From: an uncultured cyanobacterium
GTDB taxonomy: Bacteria > Cyanobacteriota > Cyanobacteriia > CAKZMO01
DNA length: 64,000 nucleotides
Reading direction: 5' to 3'
Assembly (NCBI GenBank): GCA_963719515.1
Contig: CAVRCJ010000010.1
Span: 256,001-320,000 of the forward strand
The first letter of the stretch is position 1. Every line of letters starts with the position of its first letter. The notes under the pieces are model-generated. The model did not search any database. It saw only the letters and a list, made by a program, of their open reading frames with translations, and was not told the origin of the DNA. A program made the position numbers and the translations under genes. Positions 23,001 through 31,744 of this stretch are shown here, piece by piece.

Positions 23001-23309
23001 AGCCAGACCCTGGGCGATCGCGCTTTGGCGGGGCTATCGTCTGAAGCGGCACCCCCCCCTCTAACTTCCGGCGGTTTAGCAGCGCTGCCAGTGGAGTGGC
23101 AGCAGCAGCTCTACGATGCGGCAGTTCTTGGGGATGACGATGCCATCTTGCAGCTGTTGGAGAACTTACCTGAACAGCATCAGCGCCTTGGCGATACTAT
23201 TCGACATTATGCTAGTCGGTACGACTTCGTGACGATTATTGAGGCTAGCGCTCTGGGGGGGCGAGGGCTCTCGCTACAGGGGACTGCAGCCGCTGACGAA
23301 TCGAGGTGA
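20022..23309 (+). CDS. CHASE2-PAS hybrid histidine kinase with receiver domain
   Basis: AIGLDLFRD and DPDGKVRR (CHASE2), TM helices, PAS, MSHELRTPLN, NLLGNAIKFT, GTGLGL, ILMDMCMP. Confidence 0.93.
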   Translation: MMLLLINLWRYYRQAPRTLSLLAIAALTTAGVLTARSTGMLQSLELAVYDIFCQRHELGQPHQAADGEANRDELLIVTVGEADIQALGHYPLSDATLARLIRQISAHQPSAIGLDLFRDVPVAPGTSDWQQVAGSTPHLFGIDKIIGNPVAAPLMFQPHQVGFSDLIPDPDGKVRRALISYPNQQGDLQLSFAAKLALHYLEQQGIFPQPTASGAIALGETKIVPFRKRDGAYATVSGGGYQTIIDYRGHLEAFPHVSMAQILEGSVDPALIRGRVVLVGITAPSVGDEFFTAHSKTIEGQTQSTYGVVIHANAVSYLVDTALGRRARVRVWPEWVEMGWIAGWAIASAALFLWWEGRWQQTNALSYGVRVIGSAVLPAGVMYTLAYVSLLGNWWIPVVPPVLSIAGTILLAAIYMAFKSERDATRSLACYSQELERQVAKQVADLTYSEERFRRSFDDAGIGMALISVEGQWLRVNDSFCEMLGYRSAELLKTSFTALTHQEDLAAEMGLMQQTLSGDIHTYQLEKRCQHFSGHWVWIDRTVSLVRDTSGKPLHFVLQSQDISERKRHEAERKRVEAELNAAKEAAEFANQAKSTFLSNMSHELRTPLNVILGMAQLLQRSSQSNMQELTTILRSGDHLLSLINQVLDLSKIEAGQNACSSSPFSLHDLLQTLQTIMQPHARAKGLTFTVTVTPDVPNALMGDAQKLQQVLINLLGNAIKFTETGWVELRVARQQDTASPAEPCLKIPLRFEVKDSGVGVPLEAQASIFHPFEQAHSRLARQGTGLGLAISSQLVELMGGAIALQSIPGVGSTFAVTLALPIGKLPAVGSDGSAYLGFSPNAKAYRILIVDDIAENRYLLRQLLAPVGFDLEEATDGQEAIDQWHRWQPHLILMDMCMPKVDGYQATRQILAQAAIAQATAPNSAQNLTQNLAPTAVPVTVVAVTARVLGAGREEAIAAGCAAVISKPIDAVTLLKTIAEHLGLAVEGEGSVSQTLGDRALAGLSSEAAPPPLTSGGLAALPVEWQQQLYDAAVLGDDDAILQLLENLPEQHQRLGDTIRHYASRYDFVTIIEASALGGRGLSLQGTAAADESR

Positions 23310-23342
23310 GGGTGAGCTAGCGCGATTGTGGGTAAGGCAAGC

Positions 23343-24344
23343 CTACCTGTACAATCCTGCCACATACTCCCCGTAGCCGTTGTAGGGCAGCGTGGGCACC
23401 GCCGTTGTCGTAAACTCAGGTTCCGGGCCAATCAGCTTCTCCTCCGCTTGGGACCAGCGGGGATGGGGCACAGTGGGATCTACATTTGACTCGAAGGCAT
23501 ACTCATTGGGGGCGATGGTGTTCCAGTAGGTGGCGGGCTGCTCGGCCACGAACTCAATCTTGACGATAGACTTGGCTCCCTTGAAGCCATACTTCCAGGG
23601 CACCACCATCCGGATGGGGGCGCCGTGCTGCTTGGGCAACGTTTGGCCGTACAGGCCCACCGCGAAGAACGCCAGCTCATTGGCCATCTCGTCTACGCGC
23701 AGTCCCTCGGTGTAGGGCCAGGGCAAAAACAGGGTGGTAAAGCTGGGGCCGGGGGTGACGTCTTTGTCGTAGTAGGAGGTGAAGCGGACGAACTTAGCCT
23801 CAGGTTTAGGGTCTACCGCTTCGAGAAGCGATCGCATCGGAAAGCCTATCCAGGGCACCACCATGGACCAGGCCTCGACGCAGCGGAAGCGGTAAATGCG
23901 CTCCTCCAGGGAGAACTCGCGGGTGAGGTCGTCGAGGTCGTAGGTGCGGGGGGCGTTGACTAGCCCGGTGACCTCCACCGTCCAGGGGTCGGTGGGCAGC
24001 GCTTGGGCCGCCTCCCAGATGTTTTTGGTGCCGCCGAACTCGTAGAAGTTGTTGTAGGTGGCGGCCACCTGCCGGGACGTCAGCGGACGCTCTAGGTCGG
24101 CGAAATTAGAGTTGGGGCCGAAGGTCAGCGCTTGAAGCCCGGACAGAACGTCTGCGGCAGGATCAGACCCGGTCCCTGTCTTATCGGTAGGCAGGCGATC
24201 GCACCCCACCGCCGAGACCACTGACGCGCCAATCCCCATCCCGACGGCGCTTTTGAGAAAGCGGCGGCGGTTCCAGTAAGCGGCCTCTAGGGTAACGCGG
24301 CGCTCTGGAAGCTGCCAGGGTTTGGGGATGTGGATAAAGGGCAT
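23343..24344 (-). CDS. msrP: Protein-methionine-sulfoxide reductase catalytic subunit
   Basis: NRRRFLK Tat signal, YNNFYEF, RFRCVEAWSMV, PWKYGFKGAKSI. Confidence 0.95.
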   Translation of the reverse strand: MPFIHIPKPWQLPERRVTLEAAYWNRRRFLKSAVGMGIGASVVSAVGCDRLPTDKTGTGSDPAADVLSGLQALTFGPNSNFADLERPLTSRQVAATYNNFYEFGGTKNIWEAAQALPTDPWTVEVTGLVNAPRTYDLDDLTREFSLEERIYRFRCVEAWSMVVPWIGFPMRSLLEAVDPKPEAKFVRFTSYYDKDVTPGPSFTTLFLPWPYTEGLRVDEMANELAFFAVGLYGQTLPKQHGAPIRMVVPWKYGFKGAKSIVKIEFVAEQPATYWNTIAPNEYAFESNVDPTVPHPRWSQAEEKLIGPEPEFTTTAVPTLPYNGYGEYVAGLYR

Positions 24345-24464
24345 AGGGAAAAACGCGGTATCGGACTAATTGAATATTAGAAGAAACAGATGAGATGTTT
24401 CTGAATTACGGTCGGGTTTTTCGGAAGAAGTCTTCAAAGATGGATTGAGGTGAGCAGAAGCGCG

Positions 24465-25448
24465 CTAGCAAGACGCCGCGCCCCAGGGTTCCTTCGAGGT
24501 CGCCAGCGACTGAAACTGAGGCAGAACCTGCCCGATTTCCTCCAGCATCTCTGAGGCCGGACGTCCGCCGTACTTAAAGTTAAAGGCCACATGATTCACG
24601 CCGATCGCCTTTAGGTGCAGCAGCAGGTCAACCAGTCGATCGCGGCCCAGACGGTATCCCAGGTGAATTGGCGTGGCGGGCTCGCTGGGGTTCTCCACCA
24701 GATCTACATAGAGAGACTGGGCATAGGGCTTAAAGACGCCGGGGGCAAGCTGCGCCGTCAGGCTGCGCCAGTCATCGATGATGCGGGCCTGCATCTGGGG
24801 GTGGCGGGGGTAGTAGAGCCAGCCGTCGGCGTGCTCCGCAATCCATTCGGGAGACTGGCGGCTGTGGCCGGTGACCAGTAGGGGAATGCGATCGCAGGCG
24901 GGTTTGGGCAATAGGTCCGCCCCTTCCAGGGTGGTGAGGGGCGATCGCACCACCGGAAAGGACTGCTCTAGCACCTGCTTGAAGTCGGTAAACGTATGCA
25001 GGAAGCGCTCTCCCCGCTGCTCGCGGCCTATGCCAAAGGCGGGAAACTCCACGGGGCGATCGCCTGAGGCAATCCCCATCACCAGCCGCCCGCCAGAGAG
25101 CTGGTCCACCGACGCTGCCGCTTTGGCTAAGTGGAGGGAATGACGCTGGGAGAAGATAATGCTGCCGGTGGCTAGGGCAATCTCGCGGGTGTGGGCGGCC
25201 ACGTAGCCCAGGTAAACCCAGGGATCGTAGATTTGTCCCACGTCCCCGAAGCTAGGGTCGTGCAGCGGCACGTCCCGCACCCAGAGGGCGGCAAACCCCA
25301 GCGCCTCGGCCCGCTGGGCTAGGGCGACCTGGTTTTCCATGGTGGGAATGCTGCCTTTGTAAGCCTCAATGGCGAAGAAGACGCCTAGACTCAGCTGACC
25401 CTCGGCAAACATTCGCTGAAAGCCTGGGTTGAAGAATGGCGTAGTCAT
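24465..25448 (-). CDS. LLM-class flavin-dependent oxidoreductase
   Basis: ALWVRDVPL, GIASGDRPVEF. Confidence 0.9.
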   Translation of the reverse strand: MTTPFFNPGFQRMFAEGQLSLGVFFAIEAYKGSIPTMENQVALAQRAEALGFAALWVRDVPLHDPSFGDVGQIYDPWVYLGYVAAHTREIALATGSIIFSQRHSLHLAKAAASVDQLSGGRLVMGIASGDRPVEFPAFGIGREQRGERFLHTFTDFKQVLEQSFPVVRSPLTTLEGADLLPKPACDRIPLLVTGHSRQSPEWIAEHADGWLYYPRHPQMQARIIDDWRSLTAQLAPGVFKPYAQSLYVDLVENPSEPATPIHLGYRLGRDRLVDLLLHLKAIGVNHVAFNFKYGGRPASEMLEEIGQVLPQFQSLATSKEPWGAASC

Positions 25449-25468
25449 CGGCGATTCTCCAAAGTAGA

Positions 25469-26494
25469 TTAGGCAGCGGGCTTCAGCACAATCGTCCCCA
25501 GGGCAGCGCCCGCCGCTAGCCGCTCATGGGCCGCACGAGCCTCAGACAGCGGGTAAACCTTATCGAGGGTGGGCTGAATTTTACCAGCTTTCACCTGCTC
25601 TAGACCCCAAAGTAGATCTGCCCTATCGCCCATGAATGTACCTCGAATTTGCTGCTGAGCCAAGAAGAAGGGAAACAGGTCAATTGTAGCCTCTGCCCCT
25701 GTGACCATCCCCATGGATACTAGGGTGCCTGTGGGCTTTAGCGCCTTTAGGGAATCCGTCAAAAAGCGTCCCCCTAGGTTGTCGAGCACTACGTCAGCGC
25801 CTTGGCCATCGGTCCAGTTTTTGACAAGCGATACGAAGTCTTCCGACTCGGTCTTAATCACCAGATCCGCGCCCAAGCGCTTGACGAAGTTATCTTTGCC
25901 CGGCGTCCTGACGGTGGCGGCGACCTTGGCCCCCAGCACCTTGGCCACCTGAACGCTGATCGACCCCGTCCCGGACGCGGCTCCGTGGATGACGACAGCA
26001 TCTCCCGGCTTCACCCCACCCACGGTCCTTAAGGCGCGGACGCAGGTCACCAGCGGCATAGGCAGCGTCGCCACCTGCGCGTCAGACAGGCCCGTGTCGT
26101 CTTTCACCAGCCAGGTCTCTGGCACCACCATGTATTCAGCGTAGGTGCCCCACTCTGCCACACCCCGAATCAGGTAGCTGGGGGCGGCGCTCATGGGATG
26201 GACGCGGCTCTCCTCTAGGGGATACCCTGGCATCGGAATGACCCGCTCTCCCACCTGAAACCGACTCGCCCCTAGGCCGTTGGCGTCTACCAGTCCTACG
26301 GCATCAGAGCCGAGCACGTGGGGAAAGCGAATATCGGGGTTGACGCCGCCCAAGCGCAGGTAGTGGTCGAGGCGGTTGAGACCGCTGGCCAGAATTTTGA
26401 GGCGCACTTCTCCGGGCTTGGGGTCCGGGGTCTCGACGTCGATGTAGTCGAAGACCTCTGGCTCACCAAATTTATTGATCACTGAAGCTTTCAT
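25469..26494 (-). CDS. MDR-family (quinone/alcohol) oxidoreductase
   Basis: PHVLGSD, VIHGAASGTG, YPLSEARAAH. Confidence 0.88.
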   Translation of the reverse strand: MKASVINKFGEPEVFDYIDVETPDPKPGEVRLKILASGLNRLDHYLRLGGVNPDIRFPHVLGSDAVGLVDANGLGASRFQVGERVIPMPGYPLEESRVHPMSAAPSYLIRGVAEWGTYAEYMVVPETWLVKDDTGLSDAQVATLPMPLVTCVRALRTVGGVKPGDAVVIHGAASGTGSISVQVAKVLGAKVAATVRTPGKDNFVKRLGADLVIKTESEDFVSLVKNWTDGQGADVVLDNLGGRFLTDSLKALKPTGTLVSMGMVTGAEATIDLFPFFLAQQQIRGTFMGDRADLLWGLEQVKAGKIQPTLDKVYPLSEARAAHERLAAGAALGTIVLKPAA

Positions 26495-26583
26495 GGGTTT
26501 CCTCGTGAACTGTTGTTGATAAAGAGTTGACTCAGAGACAGGACTGGCTTCCTACCAGGAGGATGTTTAAGGGCAAAAAAAAT

Positions 26584-27162
26584 TTAGCCCTTCACCACCG
26601 TAACGAGCTGCTCGACCTGACGACGGAACGATTGAATTCCCCCGTGAACTCGGGCGATCAGCAGCCCGCCCTGCAGGGACGCGAATGTTAAGGCTGACAG
26701 CGCTTCCACGTCACCCTTGAAGCCGAAATCGCCGGTTTGCTTGCCCTCGTTTAGAATGAGTCCTAGCCGAGCTTCGTTGTCCTGGTAAAACTCGCGAACT
26801 CGCTCTCCCGAGGGATGATTGAGGCTCGCCAGCTCAGCCCCGAGCATGCCGCAGAGACAGGCTTTGTCTTGGTCGCCGCTGCTGAGGGTCGTCTCAAACA
26901 GGGCACAGTAGCGACGTAGCTTAACTTCCGGCGACTCATTGTCGGCAGTGATGCCGTCTACGAGCCGAAAGAAGCGATCGCTATAGCGGTCGACCAGGGC
27001 CGCAATCAAGTCATCCTTTTTGGGAAAATGCGTGTGAATGCTGGCCTTGCGAATACCAACCGCTTCGCTGATGTCCTTGTAGCTCATTCCATTGACGCCG
27101 AGACGTTGAATGAGATCTTGAGCGACGTCAAGAATCTGCGTTTTGGTATCCGGCTGCGTCAT
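26584..27162 (-). CDS. TetR/AcrR family regulator
   Basis: SYKDISEAVGIRKASIHTHFPKKDDL HTH. Confidence 0.93.
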   Translation of the reverse strand: MTQPDTKTQILDVAQDLIQRLGVNGMSYKDISEAVGIRKASIHTHFPKKDDLIAALVDRYSDRFFRLVDGITADNESPEVKLRRYCALFETTLSSGDQDKACLCGMLGAELASLNHPSGERVREFYQDNEARLGLILNEGKQTGDFGFKGDVEALSALTFASLQGGLLIARVHGGIQSFRRQVEQLVTVVKG

Positions 27163-27197
27163 GCTGATATCCTACCTATAGGTAGCTCGGTCGTCAA
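27163..27197 (-). promoter_or_regulatory. Sigma70-type promoter of tetR with overlapping palindromic operator
   Basis: Minus strand TTGACG-17nt-TAGGAT-6nt-ATG; perfect palindrome CTACCTATAGGTAG at 27172-27185. Confidence 0.7.
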
Positions 27198-27262
27198 GCA
27201 ATTTCTTAAAGTATCGGCGAGGCCGACCCACCACCCTCCTACGCGCAACCCCTGCAAAGTGT

Positions 27263-27598
27263 TCAAGGCGTATCTGTAACGGGCTCAGTCACTTCGTCAC
27301 GTGCTAACTCCGGCAATGGCTCCGGCTCGGCTTCCGGCCGCTTCATCTCACCTAGCGGAATTGGCTCTAGCGGCACCTTGGTTTCAACGGCAGCCTCGAT
27401 GGCGGACGTCTCAGCGGCGACTGCATCGGCTTTCCGGTCAGATACAGCCTTGGCCCGCTCTGCCTTGACAACCACCGGCTGCTGACTGGGGTCGCACCGC
27501 CGCCACAGGCCCACAAGCCCTAGCGTGAAGCCGAGAGACAGGTAGCCACCGCCTGCGGCTAGGATCAAATCAAAAAGAAGCGTAAGGTTGTCTTGCAT
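27263..27598 (-). CDS. Hypothetical membrane-anchored protein
   Basis: N-terminal hydrophobic helix, charged tail, GGGGG upstream of ATG. Confidence 0.6.
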   Translation of the reverse strand: MQDNLTLLFDLILAAGGGYLSLGFTLGLVGLWRRCDPSQQPVVVKAERAKAVSDRKADAVAAETSAIEAAVETKVPLEPIPLGEMKRPEAEPEPLPELARDEVTEPVTDTP

Positions 27599-27687
27599 AG
27601 CGCCCCCGATAATCAGCGACTGCTGGAATCAATCGATGTGATGTGATCCCAGCATATCAGCTCATCAGGGCTAGCTATAGACCCGAG

Positions 27688-28365
27688 CTAGCCTGTATAG
27701 GCTGTGGCGATGGTATCCACGAAGATGTTCTTCGCGTAGGGGAGTCGTCCAGGATTGTCGCGGGGTTCGGCTTTGTAGCCCACAGGCACCACAACGGCGA
27801 TCGCCAGGTCGGTGCCCTCAGCGCCAATCACGCTCATCACCTTGTCTTCGACCCAGCCATTCATAAAGCAGGTAGATAGACCCAGGCTCTCCGCCGCTAA
27901 GGTCAGCTGAGTGGCGGCAATCATGGCATCCTTGACGGCAAACTCACGGTTTTTCGCCCCTAGGTTTTCCTGAAATTGGGGAATAGTCTTTTTGAAATAG
28001 TTGACCGTCCCCTCGCTCCAAGCGCCGCGCTCTAGCGCCTCGCTGTAGATCTTTTCCATGGTCTCTTCGTCCTTCCAGGCGTAGGGCGCTGCCGCGAATA
28101 CGAAGGTAACGGGCGCTTGGGTAATCATCTCTTGATTAAAGGCTGCCTCACAGAGGGCTTTCTTTTTCTCTTCGCTCTGTACCAAAACGATGCGCCAGTC
28201 TTGGAGGTTCCAGCTGCTAGGCGCAGCAACGGTGAGATCGACGAGCTGTTTTAAAAGATCGTCTGGAATTGGGTCGCTGGCGAAACTCTTGATGGAGCGG
28301 CGATTGGCGATCGCCGTGGGCACGTCCAGCGGAGTTGCGCGTCGATCTTCAGCAGATAGGGTCAT
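27688..28365 (-). CDS. Nitroreductase family protein
   Basis: RRSIKSF, APSSWNLQDWR, AESLGLSTC. Confidence 0.92.
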   Translation of the reverse strand: MTLSAEDRRATPLDVPTAIANRRSIKSFASDPIPDDLLKQLVDLTVAAPSSWNLQDWRIVLVQSEEKKKALCEAAFNQEMITQAPVTFVFAAAPYAWKDEETMEKIYSEALERGAWSEGTVNYFKKTIPQFQENLGAKNREFAVKDAMIAATQLTLAAESLGLSTCFMNGWVEDKVMSVIGAEGTDLAIAVVVPVGYKAEPRDNPGRLPYAKNIFVDTIATAYTG

Positions 28366-28483
28366 GGGTATTTCCTTTGCGGTGACTCGCTTAGGATTCT
28401 AGACAATTTTTTGCGGGGCGGCATATTCTTTAGGCAGCGCTGCGGCCTTTTTACCAAAAATCATGGGTCTAAAGCCCCGTCCT

Positions 28484-28624
28484 TCAGGACGGCTTCTCTA
28501 AATGTAGGCGATCTATCCAATCTTCTACCAGTTGAGTCATGGTCTTGTCCCTCTCTTTTGCAATCGCCCTAAGCTTTTGCAATCTTTTAATAGAGACTCT
28601 TAAATTAAGCTGTCCTTTTGCCAT
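28484..28624 (-). CDS. 46-aa ribbon-helix-helix-like protein inside the IS, divergent from tnpB
   Basis: MAKGQLNLRVSIKRLQKLRAIAKERDKTMTQLVEDWIDRLHLEKPS; alternating beta strand then two amphipathic helices. Confidence 0.7.
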   Translation of the reverse strand: MAKGQLNLRVSIKRLQKLRAIAKERDKTMTQLVEDWIDRLHLEKPS

Positions 28625-28667
28625 ACTGCCTACACAATGCCTACGCATCTATGCTAACATAAACAGT

Positions 28668-29792
28668 ATGAGAACATTGAAGTTTAAGATATACGAGCAC
28701 AAGCGGAACCGGCACCTAAAGCGCACTATTAATGCTGCTGGGGTGATTTGGAACCACTGCATTGCTCTCCACAAACGGTACTACCGTATGTGGGGCAAAC
28801 ACCTCAATTGCTCTAAACTTCAGTCTCATATTGCCAAGCTACGGAGGCGCAATCCGTTTTGGCAGTTGGTGGGGTCTCAGGCTGTGCAGGACATCTGCCA
28901 GCGAATTGAAAAGGCATACCAGCTGTTCTTTAAGCATCACGGCAAAGGCTATAGGCCGCCTAGCTTTCAGAAGGTAAGGCGATACAAGTCGTTCACCCTA
29001 AAACAGGCGGGATACAAGCTGCTCAATGGTGGTCGTATCAAGATAGGCAGCAGGGTCTACCAGTATTGGAATTCAAGGGAGATAGAGGGCAAGGTTAAGA
29101 CCGTCACGGTGAAGCGATCGCCTTTGGGTGAGCTGTTTTTAGCCGTTGTGGTGGACCAGGAAGCTGAACCAGTTCAAGGCATCGAGACGGGTAAAACCGC
29201 TGGTGCTGATTTTGGACTGAAGACGTTTCTCACTTTGTCAGATGGTACTCAAATCGAGTCTCCTGAATTCCTGAAAGCATCGCTCAAAGACCTTTGCCGA
29301 GCTAGCCGCAACCTATCGCGCAAGCGAAAAAAGTCGGCAAACTGGCACAGGGCAAGACTAAATCTAGCTCGCTGCCATGAGGCCATAGCCAATAGGCGAC
29401 GAGATTGGTTTTGGAAGCTTGCCCACCGGCTAACCGATACCTACGATGCGCTCTACTTTGAGACGCTGAACCTGAAAGGGATGCAGCGGCTATGGGGCCG
29501 GAAGATATCGGACCTAGCCCTAGCTGAATTTCTCGAAATCCTTCAGTGGGTGGCAAAGAAGAAAGGCAAGACCGTAGCATTCATCGACCAGTGGTATCCC
29601 AGCTCTAAAACTTGTAGCTGTTGTGGGCACGTACTGAAGGAGTTAGATCTAAAACAACGGCAGTGGGATTGCCCTATTTGCAACGAACATCACGATCGAG
29701 ACTTGAATGCTGCAATAAACATTCAACGGGTTGGGGCGTCAACCCGTGGGCTAGGCGATGTCAGACAGGCTCAGCCTGCGATCGCTGCTTGA
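28668..29792 (+). CDS. tnpB: RNA-guided endonuclease TnpB
   Basis: GADFGL (RuvC-I), YFETLN (RuvC-II), CSCC...CPIC zinc finger, RDLNAA (RuvC-III); ATG at 28668. Confidence 0.93.
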   Translation: MRTLKFKIYEHKRNRHLKRTINAAGVIWNHCIALHKRYYRMWGKHLNCSKLQSHIAKLRRRNPFWQLVGSQAVQDICQRIEKAYQLFFKHHGKGYRPPSFQKVRRYKSFTLKQAGYKLLNGGRIKIGSRVYQYWNSREIEGKVKTVTVKRSPLGELFLAVVVDQEAEPVQGIETGKTAGADFGLKTFLTLSDGTQIESPEFLKASLKDLCRASRNLSRKRKKSANWHRARLNLARCHEAIANRRRDWFWKLAHRLTDTYDALYFETLNLKGMQRLWGRKISDLALAEFLEILQWVAKKKGKTVAFIDQWYPSSKTCSCCGHVLKELDLKQRQWDCPICNEHHDRDLNAAINIQRVGASTRGLGDVRQAQPAIAA

Positions 29793-29833
29793 TTCCAGAA
29801 TCCCCGCTCTTCAGGGCGGGGAGTACGTCAAAA

Positions 29834-31207
29834 TTACAGAGCGCGGATCCACAGCTCCCGGGCCGCCTCTTGTGTCTCATGGACCAGCGCCTCTAAATCA
29901 AACCGGGTGAATTTTCCCTTCTCAATGACCCGCTCCCCGTCGATAACGCTGTAGCTCACCTGAGGCGGCTGACAGAACACCAGCGCGGCCACCGGGTCGT
30001 GGCACCCAGCAAAGGTGGGCTGGTCCAAATCAAAGGCAACAAAATCTGCCGCCAGTCCCGGTGCTAAGCACCCCACATCGTCGCGGCCCAGCACCTTGGC
30101 GCCGCCCAGAGTCGCCAGCTCTAGCGCCTGCCGCGCCGTCATAGCAGCGGCGTCTCCCTCGCGCACCCGCGCCAGCAAAAACGCCGTGCGGGCCTCGCTC
30201 AGCAGGTGGGTGGCGTCGTTGGATGCGGCCCCGTCTACCCCCAGCCCCACCGAGACACCCTGGTCGAGCATCTTGCGGATGGGGGCAATGCCGCTGGCCA
30301 GTCGGCAGTTGCTGCAGGGGCAGTGGGCCACCCCCGTACCCGTGCGGGCGAATTTCTCGATGCTGCGATCGCTCAGCTGCACGCAGTGGGCGTGCCACAC
30401 ATCTTCTCCGACCCAGCCCACCGACTCTGCATAATCTCCGGGGGTAAGGCCAAACTTCTCTTGGCTATAGGCCACATCTCCCAAGCTCTCTGCCAAATGG
30501 GTATGCAGACGCACCTGGTCGTAGCTCCGGGCTAGGGCCGCTGACTCTCGCATCAGGTCTTGGGAAACTGAAAACGGAGAGCAGGGGGCTAGCACGATGC
30601 GCAGCATGGCGCAGGGGGCGCTGTCGTGGTACTGATCAATCAGCCGCTGGCTGTCTTTGAGAATATCGGCCTCATTCTCCACCACCGAATCTGGCGGCAG
30701 GCCGCCTTGGCTTTGCCCGACGCTCATGCTGCCCCGGCTGGCGTGAAAGCGCAGCCCCATCTCCTGCACGGCGCGAATCTCATCGTCTAGCCTGCAGTCG
30801 TTGGGGAAGATATAGAGGTGGTCGCTGGCGGTGGTGCAGCCCGAGAGCATCAGCTCGGCGGCGGCCATCTGGGCGCTGACGGCGATATCGCTGGCGGTAA
30901 GATGGGCCCAAATGGGGTAAAGACCCTGTAGCCAGGAAAACAGATCGCCGTCTTGCACCGCCGGCACCGCGCGGGTGAGGGTCTGGTAAAAGTGGTGGTG
31001 GGTGTTGATCAGTCCGGGAAGCACAAGGTGGCGATCGCCTAAATCCAGTACCTCATCGGCCTGGTCCGCCATCGCGGCTAGCGCCGCCGTGGTTCCCACC
31101 TGCTCAATCACGTTGTCGCGCAGAAAGAGCGCCCCGTGGCGAATTTCCTCGCGATCGCGGTTCATCGTGACGAGGGTATGGATGTTTTGCACTAGGCAGG
31201 TCGTCAT
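29834..31207 (-). CDS. 8-oxoguanine deaminase-like amidohydrolase
   Basis: PGLINTHHHFYQ, HTHLAES, HCPCSN, GVDGAASND; located in the purine cluster. Confidence 0.85.
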   Translation of the reverse strand: MTTCLVQNIHTLVTMNRDREEIRHGALFLRDNVIEQVGTTAALAAMADQADEVLDLGDRHLVLPGLINTHHHFYQTLTRAVPAVQDGDLFSWLQGLYPIWAHLTASDIAVSAQMAAAELMLSGCTTASDHLYIFPNDCRLDDEIRAVQEMGLRFHASRGSMSVGQSQGGLPPDSVVENEADILKDSQRLIDQYHDSAPCAMLRIVLAPCSPFSVSQDLMRESAALARSYDQVRLHTHLAESLGDVAYSQEKFGLTPGDYAESVGWVGEDVWHAHCVQLSDRSIEKFARTGTGVAHCPCSNCRLASGIAPIRKMLDQGVSVGLGVDGAASNDATHLLSEARTAFLLARVREGDAAAMTARQALELATLGGAKVLGRDDVGCLAPGLAADFVAFDLDQPTFAGCHDPVAALVFCQPPQVSYSVIDGERVIEKGKFTRFDLEALVHETQEAARELWIRAL

Positions 31208-31707
31208 GGCGAAGAAACTAGAGCGTCAAGGCGCAGGCGGGCAATCTCGGCAATTTGGTCGAGGGCAGTGGTCTGCTCAACCGCCGGACTGTTTTGCAGA
31301 CGCTGCTCTAGGGCCGCGAGAATGCCTTCTTTCGTATGGTGCTTGACCGCAATGATGAAGGGGAAGCCGAACGCTTCGGTGTAGGTCTGGTTGAGCTGCT
31401 TGAGGGTATCAAACTCAGCGGGCGTCAGCCGGTCTAGCCCCACCGACGCCTGCTCCTCCACAGAAGCGTCGGCCATCTTGGCGGCGCTGCCCAAGTCGGG
31501 GTGGGCCCGAATCAGCGCGAGCTGCTGCGCGGGGGGGAGCGATCGCATTACCGCCACCATCGCGCCGTGGAGGGCGGCGAGACTTTCGAAAGGGCGCTGG
31601 GACCAGGCTGCACCCGCAATCTCCGGCGTGTGCTCAAACAGATGGCCCAGCGCCTCCACAAAAGCCGGACGATCCATTTGGTTGATAGCGGATAACGAAT
31701 AGCCCAT
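31204..31707 (-). CDS. uraD: OHCU decarboxylase
   Basis: FEHTP, IRAHPDL, EQASVGL, FGFPFIIAVK; ATG at 31707 preferred. Confidence 0.92.
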   Translation of the reverse strand: MGYSLSAINQMDRPAFVEALGHLFEHTPEIAGAAWSQRPFESLAALHGAMVAVMRSLPPAQQLALIRAHPDLGSAAKMADASVEEQASVGLDRLTPAEFDTLKQLNQTYTEAFGFPFIIAVKHHTKEGILAALEQRLQNSPAVEQTTALDQIAEIARLRLDALVSSP

Positions 31708-31744
31708 GGAGACGCAGTCCAATCGCTTAAGTGCCGGCAGGCCG

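Larger units (their letters stand above)
28455..29831 (+). mobile_element. IS200/IS605-family (IS608-like ends) tnpB element lacking tnpA
   Basis: TTAC target (28451-28454), then CAAAAATCATGGGTCT-AAAG-CCCCGTCCTTCAGGACGG left-end hairpin; right end GAAT-CCCCGCTCTTCAGGGCGGGG-AGTACG-TCAA. Confidence 0.88.

Noticed and set aside
28539..28667. N-terminal extension of TnpB in the ORF track
   Set aside because: It is antisense to the RHH-like ORF; TnpB-like sequence begins at MRTLKFKI (28668).
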